DNA of 64,000 nucleotides, taken from positions 18,662,001 through 18,726,000 of the forward strand of contig JBHGNT010000004.1 of the NCBI GenBank assembly GCA_043228905.1, in the 5' to 3' direction. Of this stretch, positions 40,801-52,156 are shown in pieces. Source of the DNA: Azolla caroliniana (lineage: Eukaryota; Plantae; Polypodiophyta). The notes beneath the pieces were generated by a model, which was not told where the DNA came from, did no database searches, and saw only the letters and a list, made by a program, of their open reading frames with translations. Numbering within the stretch: the first letter of the stretch is position 1; each line of letters begins with the position of its first letter. The position numbers and the translations under genes were made by a program.

Positions 40801-42082
40801 TCCTAGTTCCTTGTAGCTCAATTGGTAAGGTTTCTCCAGCAAAGACCAGGTCATGCATTCAACGCTTACATTATGCAGTGGCATCTAGTAAAGTAGTGCA
40901 TATGCTGAGATTTGAACCAAGTTCCATGGGTTGTCATGATGAACACAAACGTCAAAACTCAAAATCCATTCCATGAGGCTAGAACTCACAACCTTAATAT
41001 TGTAAAATATATGATTTAACGTCACACCATATACTAACGGTTGAAATGGCTGTGAGATCCAACATTATATCTCAAATCCGAAATAAAGCACTATAAAATA
41101 TGACTAAAAGAGAGTTTCAAATAGCAAGGTTGTCAATGGAGACAAAAATGTCAATGTTTCAAACCCCACATTCACTCTAGTCATTTAGAACAAAATGGTT
41201 GAATTTGAACTCAAGATCTAGTAGGAAAATGTCTATACTCTTAGGATTTTTGTGGAAATGGGCTTTTATATTACTAAAGAGTATCGGGATTGACTTTGGT
41301 TAGTGTAGTATTTTATTTGTCACTTGTGAATTGATTTGAGTCCACATGGGTTCCGTCATCATAATGGGTATCTCCACATGGCTTCCATCATCATATGTAG
41401 AATAATGTTGCCCAACCATGGGGTTGTGATCCTATGAAAATTTGTTTTAGCTAGAAAATATGTGCAAAGAGTAATGCTAATGTCTCTAATGTATCATTAA
41501 GTTCATGGCACCAATCCATTTAAATTTATCAATATAGTTACAAATTATTTGATGAATATTTATGAAGAGGTAGGCCACCAAAAAGCCAATTTTCCTATGT
41601 CATGTTTGTAATGTATTATTATCATCCTGGAGGTTAAATATGACTCATGGGCCAAAGTGAAAACATTTTTTCTAGTAGTATGTGTGGAATCTATAAGTGA
41701 CTCTCAATGCTCAAGAATGTCATCACTATTACCATTATGAATGAGAGTGCACATTATGATTAAGGTAGAAATCTGTAGGAATGGGTGAAGCTTGAATGTC
41801 TGAAAGCAAAGAGAAAAGGAAAGAATGATAACTGATGGCCAAAAATCCACCATGTTTTGCTTATTTGCAGCTCTAAGTGATGCATTGCGAGCGGAGATTC
41901 AGAGGCTAAAAGTTGTGACAGGACTATCGAAGACAAGTAATGGAAATGCAAATCTATTACAAACAAACTGCCCACAATTCCATTTACCACAATCCCAACT
42001 TCCACCACACACAGGACAATATAGATACACTAACCAAACACAGGGGCAAACTCACAGTCCTTCAACAACTATGACAGAATAA
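37862..42082 (+). CDS. Group I bZIP transcription factor (VIP1/RF2a/PosF21-like), 4 exons
   Basis: Exons 37862-38847, 39699-39831, 39923-40007 and 41871-42082 join in frame: [39 protein letters not shown]|[39 protein letters not shown]...[20 protein letters not shown]|[14 protein letters not shown]. Confidence 0.93.
40126..40330 (-). mobile_element. Possible LINE C-terminal/3' remnant in bZIP intron 3
   Basis: LCTL...[10 protein letters not shown] resembles the LINE ORF2 C-terminal Cys/His motif; aatgttcaagaattttacta is shared with ~62414. Confidence 0.35.
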
Positions 42083-43104
42083 TAAGTAGTTTTGAAAAAA
42101 CTAGGATCTTCTTTACATGCCAAAATTTATCTTATGTCATTTACAGATTGCTAACACAAAACAAAGTCTCAAAGTTAGTTCTAGAGTTTAACATAGAAAA
42201 CATATCTAGAAACCTTGGCAGTAGAGAAGCCTTTCATAAACTCTTGCCAATTTATGTATGTATATACACATAACTGACAAACATGTGAATCTACATAAAG
42301 TAAAACTTTGTTATACTTATCTATGGTATTGTATTTTCTTCATGGAATTAATTTCACCAAATGATTTGTCCTATGTTTCAAGATCAATTGATCAAACTAG
42401 AACCATCGACCTTCACATTAGATATGCAAGCAAGTTCATATTTAGTTTCTTGAAGACAGATTCTTATTTGAGATTTTTGTGATTGACCAATATGAGGGAA
42501 GCCCTATCAACAATGAAAGGAATAGTAATGACATTTTTTCCCCCTTTTTCAAATGACATGAGATGAATATTGCTATTGATGGTGAACACCTCCAATAAGA
42601 GCTGCTAATCAAAACATTTCTAGGTGGATCATTGTTTACAATAACTTCAACAATAAAGTACAAAACAAGCAACAACAATGAATCATTCATTATCTTCTTC
42701 AGAACACTAGTGTGCTTAAGTCACACCCTACATCCAAGTGAAAGATCACTAAAAACAGCATGACAGTAAACATCATATTTCTGGCCTTTACAAAATACTT
42801 TTTTCAATGCTTCTATTTCCACATTCCCTTACTATACTTATTCCATCCATACAGAAATAATTACACTCTTCCCATGGTATCCTCGATCATCTTTATCCCA
42901 CCCAATATATAATCAAACACAAATTTCGAACACATGGTTACAACAATAAAGAAACAACTCTCAAAGCTTCCAATTGTGCCAGGTTTATGTTAAAAACTGA
43001 ATGTACCTCATCAAATTTATGAAAGCAGCTGAGCATATATACATATTTACAAGTTGAATATACTCCATAGATGGACGATTGCTCGATGTTGATGTTCCTT
43101 CCAT

Positions 43105-43727
43105 TCAATCATGAGCAAAATTATGAACCATCAAAGACACCTTTGCAGACTCATCGACATCTGCAAAATTAACCAAAAGAAAGCGAAATAAGCACACAAA
43201 AAAGGATATAAATTCCACTCTGTTTTGTCAAAAAAAAAAGGGGGCAAGAATTAGGGATGGATCTTTAAAGAGAAGTGGTGGATTTCCATAGAGAACAAAA
43301 GGTGCTTACCAGTGCATGAGGTGTAATGGTTTTGAGTTCTCGGAGAGCCGAGGACAGCATCCTTGACGCTTTGGGCCGAGTTCGAAACCAAATCGCCAAT
43401 GGTCTGGAGAACCCCTCTATCTTCTTCTTCTTCTTCTTCTTTGATATCATGCATAGAAGCATCACCATCACCACAACTATTGGAAGCCTCGTCTCTCATA
43501 GCATGTTGCAGAGATGAGTAATCATTGATTTTGAGATGGGGATAGCGATACTCCTCTTCTTCTCTGATACCGTTTGACAGAGAGGATGGGCCTGGATTTC
43601 GGACTTCTTCTATATTGTTCTCTTCAGGTTGAAGCTTCAAGACCACTTCTGTAGCTAATTGGCTTCTTCTTCCATGGCCATCCTCTTCTACTGCATTCTG
43701 CTGTAAATCCTCATGTTCTCGGCTCAT
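43105..43727 (-). CDS. Small acidic hydrophilic LEA/SBP65-like protein, 2 exons
   Basis: Exon 43727-43310 (donor gtaagc) plus exon 43160-43105 (acceptor ttttgcag, ends TGA); GVLQTIGDLVSNSAQSVKDAVLG resembles a C-terminal motif of LEA/SBP65-like proteins. Confidence 0.55.
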
Positions 43728-44197
43728 CTCTCTGACCTATTTATTTTCCTCTGTTTCTCTGCTTCCTTCAAATTAGTTGTAAATTTAGGTTTACTTTTAG
43801 AGTACCATCCATTTTCATTGCAGCATGAAATGAGGGGGAGGCGATGGATACGTGTCCAATTCATTCATTCATACTTTGGTGTTTCCTGTTTTTTGATTCA
43901 AATTTCACACAATAATAATGCTTTTAATGAATAATAATTCAATTGCTTCCTAGGTGAATTTTAAACTTAAAACCCCGAAATTTATCATATCATTGACAAA
44001 TGTGTGTTAAAAAAACACAAATACACACACTACTACCCATGCATGGCCCATTCAGTTTTTTGATGAGATTCACAACAGAAGAAGCTGCTGGAGTACATGA
44101 AAAAACAAGGTCAAATCAATTGTCGAAGATTTATATGACGAAAAAGAGACGGGATCACACGCATTCACAATCCGAGATGAAGTGATGCGATTGGTTG

Positions 44198-44474
44198 TGG
44201 ATTAGGAATGTAGGAGGTGTCAATGTGTATGTAGTTACTCGCTTTTTTTTCGTGCTTCTAGTACAACTTATTACATATTTGTTTGCCCCTCTCACATCTA
44301 TACTCCATAGACAAACGGTTCAATTTCATAGTGTTTCTATGGATTAGGAATGTAGGAGGTGTTTGAGTGTACATAATTATTGCTTATTTATCGCGCTTCT
44401 AGTACAAATTATAATTTGCTCGTTCATCTCACATCTATCTCCATGGAGGAACTGCTCAATTCATAGTGCTTCTA
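44198..44474. repeat. ~140-bp tandem duplication
   Basis: tggattaggaatgtaggaggtgt...cttctagtacaa...ctcacatcta..ctccat...tcatagtg.ttcta occurs at 44198 and 44340. Confidence 0.75.
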
Positions 44475-44912
44475 TGACATCCAATCAATCTCAGTCACTC
44501 ATCGGATTTCCACGCCGATTGGATCACTTCTTAATGCATCATCATTGCAAAATGCTCTCATGAATGGATGAATCACTCATTTTTCATCGTAGTTACATGA
44601 CAATCAAACGGTCTCTCATTCACCACATTCCCATTTACAACCGGCCGATGAAAAGAATTGCCGACTTGTTACACCATCTATCGAAACCCCTAGAAAATGC
44701 TCTCATTCGTGTGACACCACACAAGACTATCGCAACATTCGACCAAAGGACTCAAGCAGGTGGGGGGCAGCTCTATTAATTCACGTGCCGAGAAAATGTC
44801 GGGCAGGCGGGGAACGCGGACACAAACACAAGACACAAGACAGTAAGCATGTAAATACTACTACTAATTATAATTTGAATTGGTTTTTGTTTTTGATATG
44901 GTGAGAGGCAAG

Positions 44913-45044
44913 AGTTCAAATACATAAATAAAAGGAACCCTAAAAACAAAATTCAAAGTTCAAATACGTAAATAAAAGAAACCCTAAAAACAAAATTCAA
45001 AGTTCAAATACGTAAATAAAAGAAACCCTAAAAACAAAATTCAA
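44913..45044 (+). repeat. 3 x 44-bp tandem repeat containing telo-box AAACCCTA, in the YTH promoter region
   Basis: agttcaaatac(a/g)taaataaaag(g/a)aaccctaaaaacaaaattcaa starts at 44913, 44957 and 45001. Confidence 0.9.
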
Positions 45045-45332
45045 ACACAGAGAGAGAGAGAGAGAGAGAGAAGAGAGAGAGTAGAAGACCGCCATTGTCC
45101 CTGCACTCGCTCCTCTCTCACTCTCTCTGCACCTCACCAAGGGATTCATCTGATTTCATTTCATTTCATTTGATTATACACGCAGATTGACTCAGAGAGA
45201 GAGAGAGAGAGAGAGACAAGGAGAAATTGGTAGAGAAAGACGAGAGAAAGAGAAGAAACCGAGATTCTCCATTGCCATCACCATCGTTAAATCCTCTGTT
45301 TTCCATTCCTTTCGACGTGGCTAGTCTGTTCA

Positions 45333-45376
<44 letters not shown>

Positions 45377-45497
45377 CTATTAGCGGAAACAGATCCGATC
45401 ACATTCATTTTTGCTTATACCAAGATTTTATTGTATTCGCCTCTTTTTTCTTTGCTTCTTGTTCCCTTCTGTTAATCACGCAGACGTCGATCAGAGA

Positions 45498-48400
45498 ATG
45501 ATGAAAGATGGGGCTTATCCATCTCTCAAACCAGAGGTATCCTTCCTTCTTCCCTTCCTGCCTATTTTTTTGTTCTCCGAAATCCTATCAACTTTGCATA
45601 TATGTATATTATGCTGTTGTTTGTGCTCTTTCTTCTTCGTTTTTGCTTGTGGTGGAAACCCTAGAACGTCGCATATAATATATTTACTTCTTTCTGTTTT
45701 ATTTCTCATCATAGTAACCCTAATTATTTGCATAGTTATGACGCTCCATTCTGCATTATGAAGTCCGTAGAAACCCCAAACCTTGGCATGTACGATAGTT
45801 TTATTTTAATTTTTTCATAGAGTAGAGATATATATTTTTGAATCCCCTTTTTTTCCCTTCGTTTTCATGTCAATCTTTTTTCTTCTGTTTTTTCTCATGG
45901 AAATCCTAATCGAAATATATTGCATATGATGTCAGATTCATGCTCACAATACTCAAGATGAAGCAATGTATCATGATTTGCAAGGACAATACTATATACA
46001 TCCATCGGGTTTTATGACTGTTAGGCAGACAGAAGGATGCACTGATGCTGTTCATTCAGATCAAATTCATATGACTCAAGATGCTTCTTATTTGAACTCT
46101 TACTACAACGAGCATGCATTTGTTCCATCTCCTGATGTCTTTCTACACACACAAGGATCTACATATATGGGTGGGTGTGTTTCGCATCTTACTTAATTCT
46201 TTTCTTTGCGTCATGCTCTTATGGCTTCATGACGTGAAATGTAAATTATTTTCAATTTTGTTTTTGCTGTTTTTGTGTGTTTTCTATCAGGTTACCCGGC
46301 TCCAATGATGAACTTTCATGGTCATGTTCCCTATAACACAGAAGGTGTATATTACCAATGCGTGGTCAGTGCTATTCTGTGTCATTGAAAATCGGTTTTG
46401 AAGTTTATCATGCTATATACATAAGTATATATGTATATATAAGTATCTATATTTATTTTTATGTACGTAATATATATGCATCTGTCTGACTATGAATTTA
46501 GTCATATGTATATGTACATATATGCATATATATACATAGATACATGTGTGTATGCATACGTCTTTGCATGATAAATGTATGTATGTCGTTATGCATATAT
46601 GTGCGTGTGCATCTATGTAGATTTATATCTATCTATCTGTACGTGTTCTCCATAGAATGTAGATTCTAATGTTGTCAATATTCAATAAGTTATAATAAAG
46701 TTAAGCAGGCCAATGTTATAAATATGCATATGTATCTGTTTCACAGAATTTTGATTCCAACATTGTAGATATTCAACCATGTGATCCATATATACCAGCT
46801 GTTCTTCATTGTGGGGTTAGTACTATTTCGCTATCGATCTACTTTGTTTTATAAAAATTAGTGATAAAATTATTCAGGTGTATACATACACACACACACA
46901 TGCAAGTATGTATATGTGTGATCACATGCACACACGTGTTGTATGTATATGCTCATATCTGGATTCTAGTGTAATTCTTATCAAGTGTGTTGCGATTTAG
47001 TACGCTTATTAGAATTTATATTGTACATATCTGTTCCACAGAATGGTGATACAAATGTGGTAGATATGCAACCATATTATGGGTCTGCATCTGCTGGACA
47101 TTGTCAGTTTGTCACAGGGGTCAGTAATGAATATGTGCATCATAATAATGGTTGCATACCCCTAAGTCAATTTCCACCGTCACCTATTAGTCAATATGGA
47201 GCTACTTCACACCCATTACCTGAAGGAGTTCTAATTGTGCAAGAAAACAGTGCAGGTGTGGGACACATTTCTAATGGTTATACATACTATCCACATGCTG
47301 GTACTTTAATGCCAGTGTATATGGCATCGCCAATGGTTGATGGACCCCCTTCTTTATCTTGTGACCCTTTTGCTTATGCTCATCCATTGGTTGTTCCTTC
47401 TTCTACTCCAAGTATGCTTAGAGCATGTGCGCCCGACTGGATACAACAACCTTCTAAACCTAAAGGGTCTCAAAACGCTGATATTGTTGGTGTGGAATTG
47501 AGCAACAATCCAGGTCATGGTGATCATCACAATCCACCCAAAATCAAATCGATTTTAAAGACTAGTTCTTTGGTTGCTACAAAAGAAATGGACCAGGAAG
47601 ATGAGACAAAGACTTTAATTACACCTGTTAGTCAAATGTTTGTGCCGAATAAATCACTCAATGCCTCCCATCTGGGCTCCTATCAACAGAATGGAACACT
47701 TACACATCCTGTGAAAAACTTGAATGGAAATGCTTTGGCTGGCCTGAAAATCTGCATGCAGCCTTCACAACTTGATGGTGCAAAGTATTTCATAATCAAG
47801 TCGTTCAATGAAGCAAATGTATATAGAAGTATTCAACATGGTGTATGGTCGAGCACCCTGAATGGAAATAGAAAGCTTGATGACGCCTTTAAAGATGCCC
47901 AATATCGAGCGAAGGCCAAGGGTTTTAAATGTCCAATATTCCTTTTCTTCTCTGTGAGTGTTTTTCATTCATTAAATTTAAACTTGTACTATTCTTCGTT
48001 ATTTTTCTCTTAGTGTTTTCTAAGTGAGCTTCTTTATTCAGGTAAATGGAAGTGGGCGTTTTTGTGGGGTGGCAGAAATGTCGGGTTGTCTTGATTATAA
48101 CAAGACAATGGAATTCTGGGAGCAAAATAAGTGGAGTGGATCTTTCCAAGTGAAGTGGCATATTATAAAGGATGTACCCAATTCTCAATTTCGGAAAATT
48201 ATTTTGCCCAACAATGAGAATAAGTCAGTAACAAGTAGTCGAGACACTCAAGAGGTAAGCAGGCTCTTAGAAACTCATATATGAACTTATATGAATGTCA
48301 GAAAAAAAAATCTGAAATGCCCCTCGGTGTCTTTGAATTCCCCAAATCTCATCACTCAAACCTCTTGCAAGCATTTATTTGTGATATTTAGGCATATACC

Positions 48401-48949
48401 CATTTTTTCTGTTTTAGTGGTTGATCAGGGGAATTTGCAGATCAACAAAACTTAGGGGCACTTGGGTAAATATACAAAAACTTGGGAGTTTTTTATAGTT
48501 TCTCCTAGACTATATGTAAACACAGATGAAAAGGTTTATGTTTGTTTACTAAGATACTTACATCTTTTTTTTGTTTAAAAAACTATGAACAGGTGAAGTT
48601 TCAGCAAGGCTACGAGATGCTGGAAATATTTAGAAGCTATCCAACAATGTCTTCGATTTTAGAGTCTTTTAAAGATACAAGCGAAGTAGTAGTGCAGGAA
48701 TGTAAACAAACACAGTCATCATCTTCACAAGTGTGTAGTGAAATTGAACCTACACAAGAACCTGGGTTGAAGAGTATGGAATCAAACTCTAATACATTGA
48801 GAACATGTAATAATGCTGAAATAAAACCTAGAGGCACGTGTCAACCCAAGTCGATCCTCGTGAGGATGGATTCAGCATGCAATTCACATGGTGGCAGGAA
48901 GACTGACAAAGAAAATATGATGATTGGAAGCTTGCAACCAATGGCATGA
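45498..48949 (+). CDS. YTH-domain m6A reader (ECT/YTHDF-like), ~6 exons
   Basis: Exons ~45498-45536, 45936-~46170, 46291-~46364, 47042-47953, 48042-48254 and 48593-48949. YFIIKS...[14 protein letters not shown]...IFLFFS|[13 protein letters not shown]...FW...[18 protein letters not shown]...SRDTQE; Y/P/Q-rich N-terminus. Confidence 0.92.
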
Positions 48950-50418
48950 TTGCCTAAGGTTTTGATATCATATTTTTGCATTTTGCTTACCATCAATAAT
49001 ATTGTACAAAACGGTTCTTGTGGTTCAAAGTATGGAAAAGCTACTAATGTAATGCTATGAGGTGTTCATGCCCCCCCACCTTGAAATGCTACATTTACAA
49101 ATGTCATCACTGTTTCAGAGTCTGGTTGTGCTTCATAGATGGCTCGTAGATTAATTGATAATCTGAAAGCTGCCCCCACCTTGAGCTGCTACATTTATAA
49201 ATTTCATCACTGTTTCAGAGTCCGGTAGTGATAAATGAGGCTTCTTTTTTTTGTCTTAGAGCCTTAGATGAGGCAAGTCATGAGTCAGGTTTTTTTGACT
49301 GAGGTCTATTCGAATTTCTGGAAAGTGATTGATTGCACAGCTATGATGTAATGCTGCAATCAGTGAAGTATGGATTTGAGTTCCAAATTTTCCATTGGCA
49401 CTGGAAAGTGTGATATGAGCATCTACATTTGATGTATGGTATATCATAGTCTTTTTCTGTAAGTAATTAAAGAGAAAAATGGAAAATTCATCAATTTTGT
49501 TTCTGGTGTATGTATTAGCATTACTTTTCTTTTGAATTCTTAAGAGTTCATCATTGGGCATGGTCTATGAAATTAATATGCCCTAATTTGAGGTGATCAG
49601 GCTTCCTGAGACGATCCAATTCATGCAATAATAATCTTGAGATCAAGAACAACACTTGCATCAGTAGCTTGGTTGACATGAATTTCTCTTGTGCAATGTC
49701 AATTGGTGTGTACTGTCATTGAGAAGCATCCCAAGATGTGAATTCTAATTTTTTTCTGATTGTGTTAATAGTGTTCATAAGCTAGTTTTTTTATGCAAAG
49801 TATTTTTTGTACCATGGAAACTGGTGAGCTAAAAAAACACATCAAAATCTTCAATAGGAAAACAGGAATCTTGTTCACAGAGCAATTGAGCTGTAGATCC
49901 CATCAGAACTTGCAATATTTTCATTGAAAAGTAGGTTACTCATGTCCTCCCTTGCATGTAAGTAGTAGTGGATGGCTGCTGTTTCCAAACAAGATGAAGA
50001 TGTTACCTTTTATGGGATGTATGTCCTTGCACTCTTTACAACTGATGTATGTGGCTCAACATGAGAAAGATGATATAATGCAACTGTGGTGTTTCTAAAT
50101 TTACCGTTCTTTTTATTTGCATCTAACTTTGACTTTGTGATGGTGCTATGTTAGTTAATGCCTTGAACCTCAAGATTTGTAAAATCTCAATCAATCCTAA
50201 TTATGATGTTGTGTAAACCACCAACCCTATTGCTAGCCAATGGAGCACTTACTATCTCCACATAGTTTAGGCTCATCTTAAAAATATTGAAAGAACTTCT
50301 CTTTAGGTGAACAGAATCACTATTCGTCCTTGAAATTAAAAAGAGATGCAGAGTTTTTGTAGGAAAGGTATGGAATTGTGGACATGAGGTCCTTAAGCTT
50401 TTGAGAGAGAGAGAGAGA

Positions 50419-51662
50419 TGTCAACAAGATCAACCATGGATATCAACGATGCAATATTTTATTGAGCATGAAGGATTGGTGCACGGGAAAACAAAGATTC
50501 AAGCATCTTGGTGATCATTACTCAACGGAAGTATTCCTCTAAAGATTCGACATTCTGTATGTGGACAACATTTGGTAAGATCGTGGCAAGGTGCATTATC
50601 TCTTTTTGAATGAGGACCATCATGTGATCGAGAATATTGTAAGTCATTACAAAATGAATTGCTTGTTTCTTCACGAGTATTGTTTTGGCATGGGAAAGAT
50701 AAGTTGAGATCTCAATTCAATCGTTTATTTCGATTGGGGATTGTACATTTGGAAGATGTGGTTGGTAATGAATCTCAAAGGTTGTCAGATTTTGAAGATA
50801 CCAAACGATGATTATGTATTCCCCCAAATTATGGATTTATTTGGGAGAACTTACAAGATATACCATTGTTGCAAGGATCTTTGCCATTAAAAACAAATTT
50901 TGCACCTTTGGAGGATTGGCGGTTACAAGATGGTACATGCTTGTTACAGGTCACTACAAATATATTGTATCATCATGCGATGGCATCATTATCTTGGCTA
51001 TCTCCTAAAGCAACGAAGTTGTGGAATGTATGTAAGTCAGATGCAAGGTGGTGGAAAATATTACAACGTGGTTGGCATTCCCATCTACCATTTCGTGCAA
51101 AGGTATTCATATGGAGAGTCATGATTAGTGGGCTCCCATTAGGTTCAGCCTTAAAGAGGCGAGGGCTAGGGTCTAACACTTGTTTCTTTTGCACTGTTCC
51201 ATTGGAGGATAGTACACATAGGTTCATTAAATGTCTTATAGTGTGTACCATTTGGAAGTAATTATCGGACAATTGGCAAGTTTTAACCCGTTGTTGTTTG
51301 AGACCTCAACAATGGGTTTTTTCTCAATATGTTCAAAATGGATCAAATGATGAGATGGAGATATTGTTCCAATTTTTACGTTATTGGGGTCTACAACACA
51401 ATTGGAATATGCGTAATGCTTTCATGTTTGATAATAGACATGGGGTGAAAGCCTATATAAATAAGCTTAAAGGTATTCTCATGTGGAATTTTTGGATGTT
51501 AGAGCATGTGGGGATCATTTCCTCAAATGCATATTCTGGTTTTTTGGTAGCATTATAGAACGTCCCTCTCCCTACATAGGCATATGATAGGTAGAGGAGA
51601 CTAAGAAGTGTTATAACTAAGTGGATTTTACATACAATTAATATAATTGTGTGCTTTTACCA
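50419..51662 (+). mobile_element. 5'-truncated L1-like LINE (ORF2 C-terminus with zf-RVT, and 3' UTR) flanked by (GA)n
   Basis: WHSHLPFRAKVFIWR...GLPLGSALKRRG...CFFC...EDSTHRFIKC...IW (zf-RVT); (GA)n at 50403-50418 and 51663-51678. Confidence 0.85.
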
Positions 51663-51769
51663 AGAGAGAGAGAGAGAGCTTTCTAATGTAACTTTGGACT
51701 CAACTCCTTTTTTTATGATCTTTGGCTTCTTGCAAAAATGGTTCATAGAGCTTTGTAATGATATTTATA

Positions 51770-52156
51770 GTTATAGTTATTAGTAGCTTATTAGTTGTGA
51801 CTCTAACTAATGTAGCTTATAGGTAATGAACAAAATATTTTCCTTATTATCTATTAGTAGCTAAAGCTAATGTAGTATAAATAGCTTACTAGATTTTAAT
51901 AACTAATTACATATGGCTACTAACTAATGTAGCTAATAAGCATTGGTTGGTATTTTTCTTATTAGTGATTGGTAGCTAATTAGGTGTAACTAAAAGTTAA
52001 TGTAGTGTAATTAGATTATAGTTATCACTAGTTAATTAGTTGTGGCTAGTTACTAATGTAGTGTAAATGGATAATTACTTTTTAGTAACTAATTAGCTAT
52101 GGCTACTAATTGATGTAGTTAATAGGTAATGAATAGAGTATATTTCTTATCAGATA
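51770..52156. repeat. AT-rich degenerate tandem array (taatgtagc/ttattagt), split by element E and resuming at 58266-58400
   Basis: Recurrent taatgtag(c/t) and tagttatgg/tagttgtg motifs on both sides of E. Confidence 0.6.
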
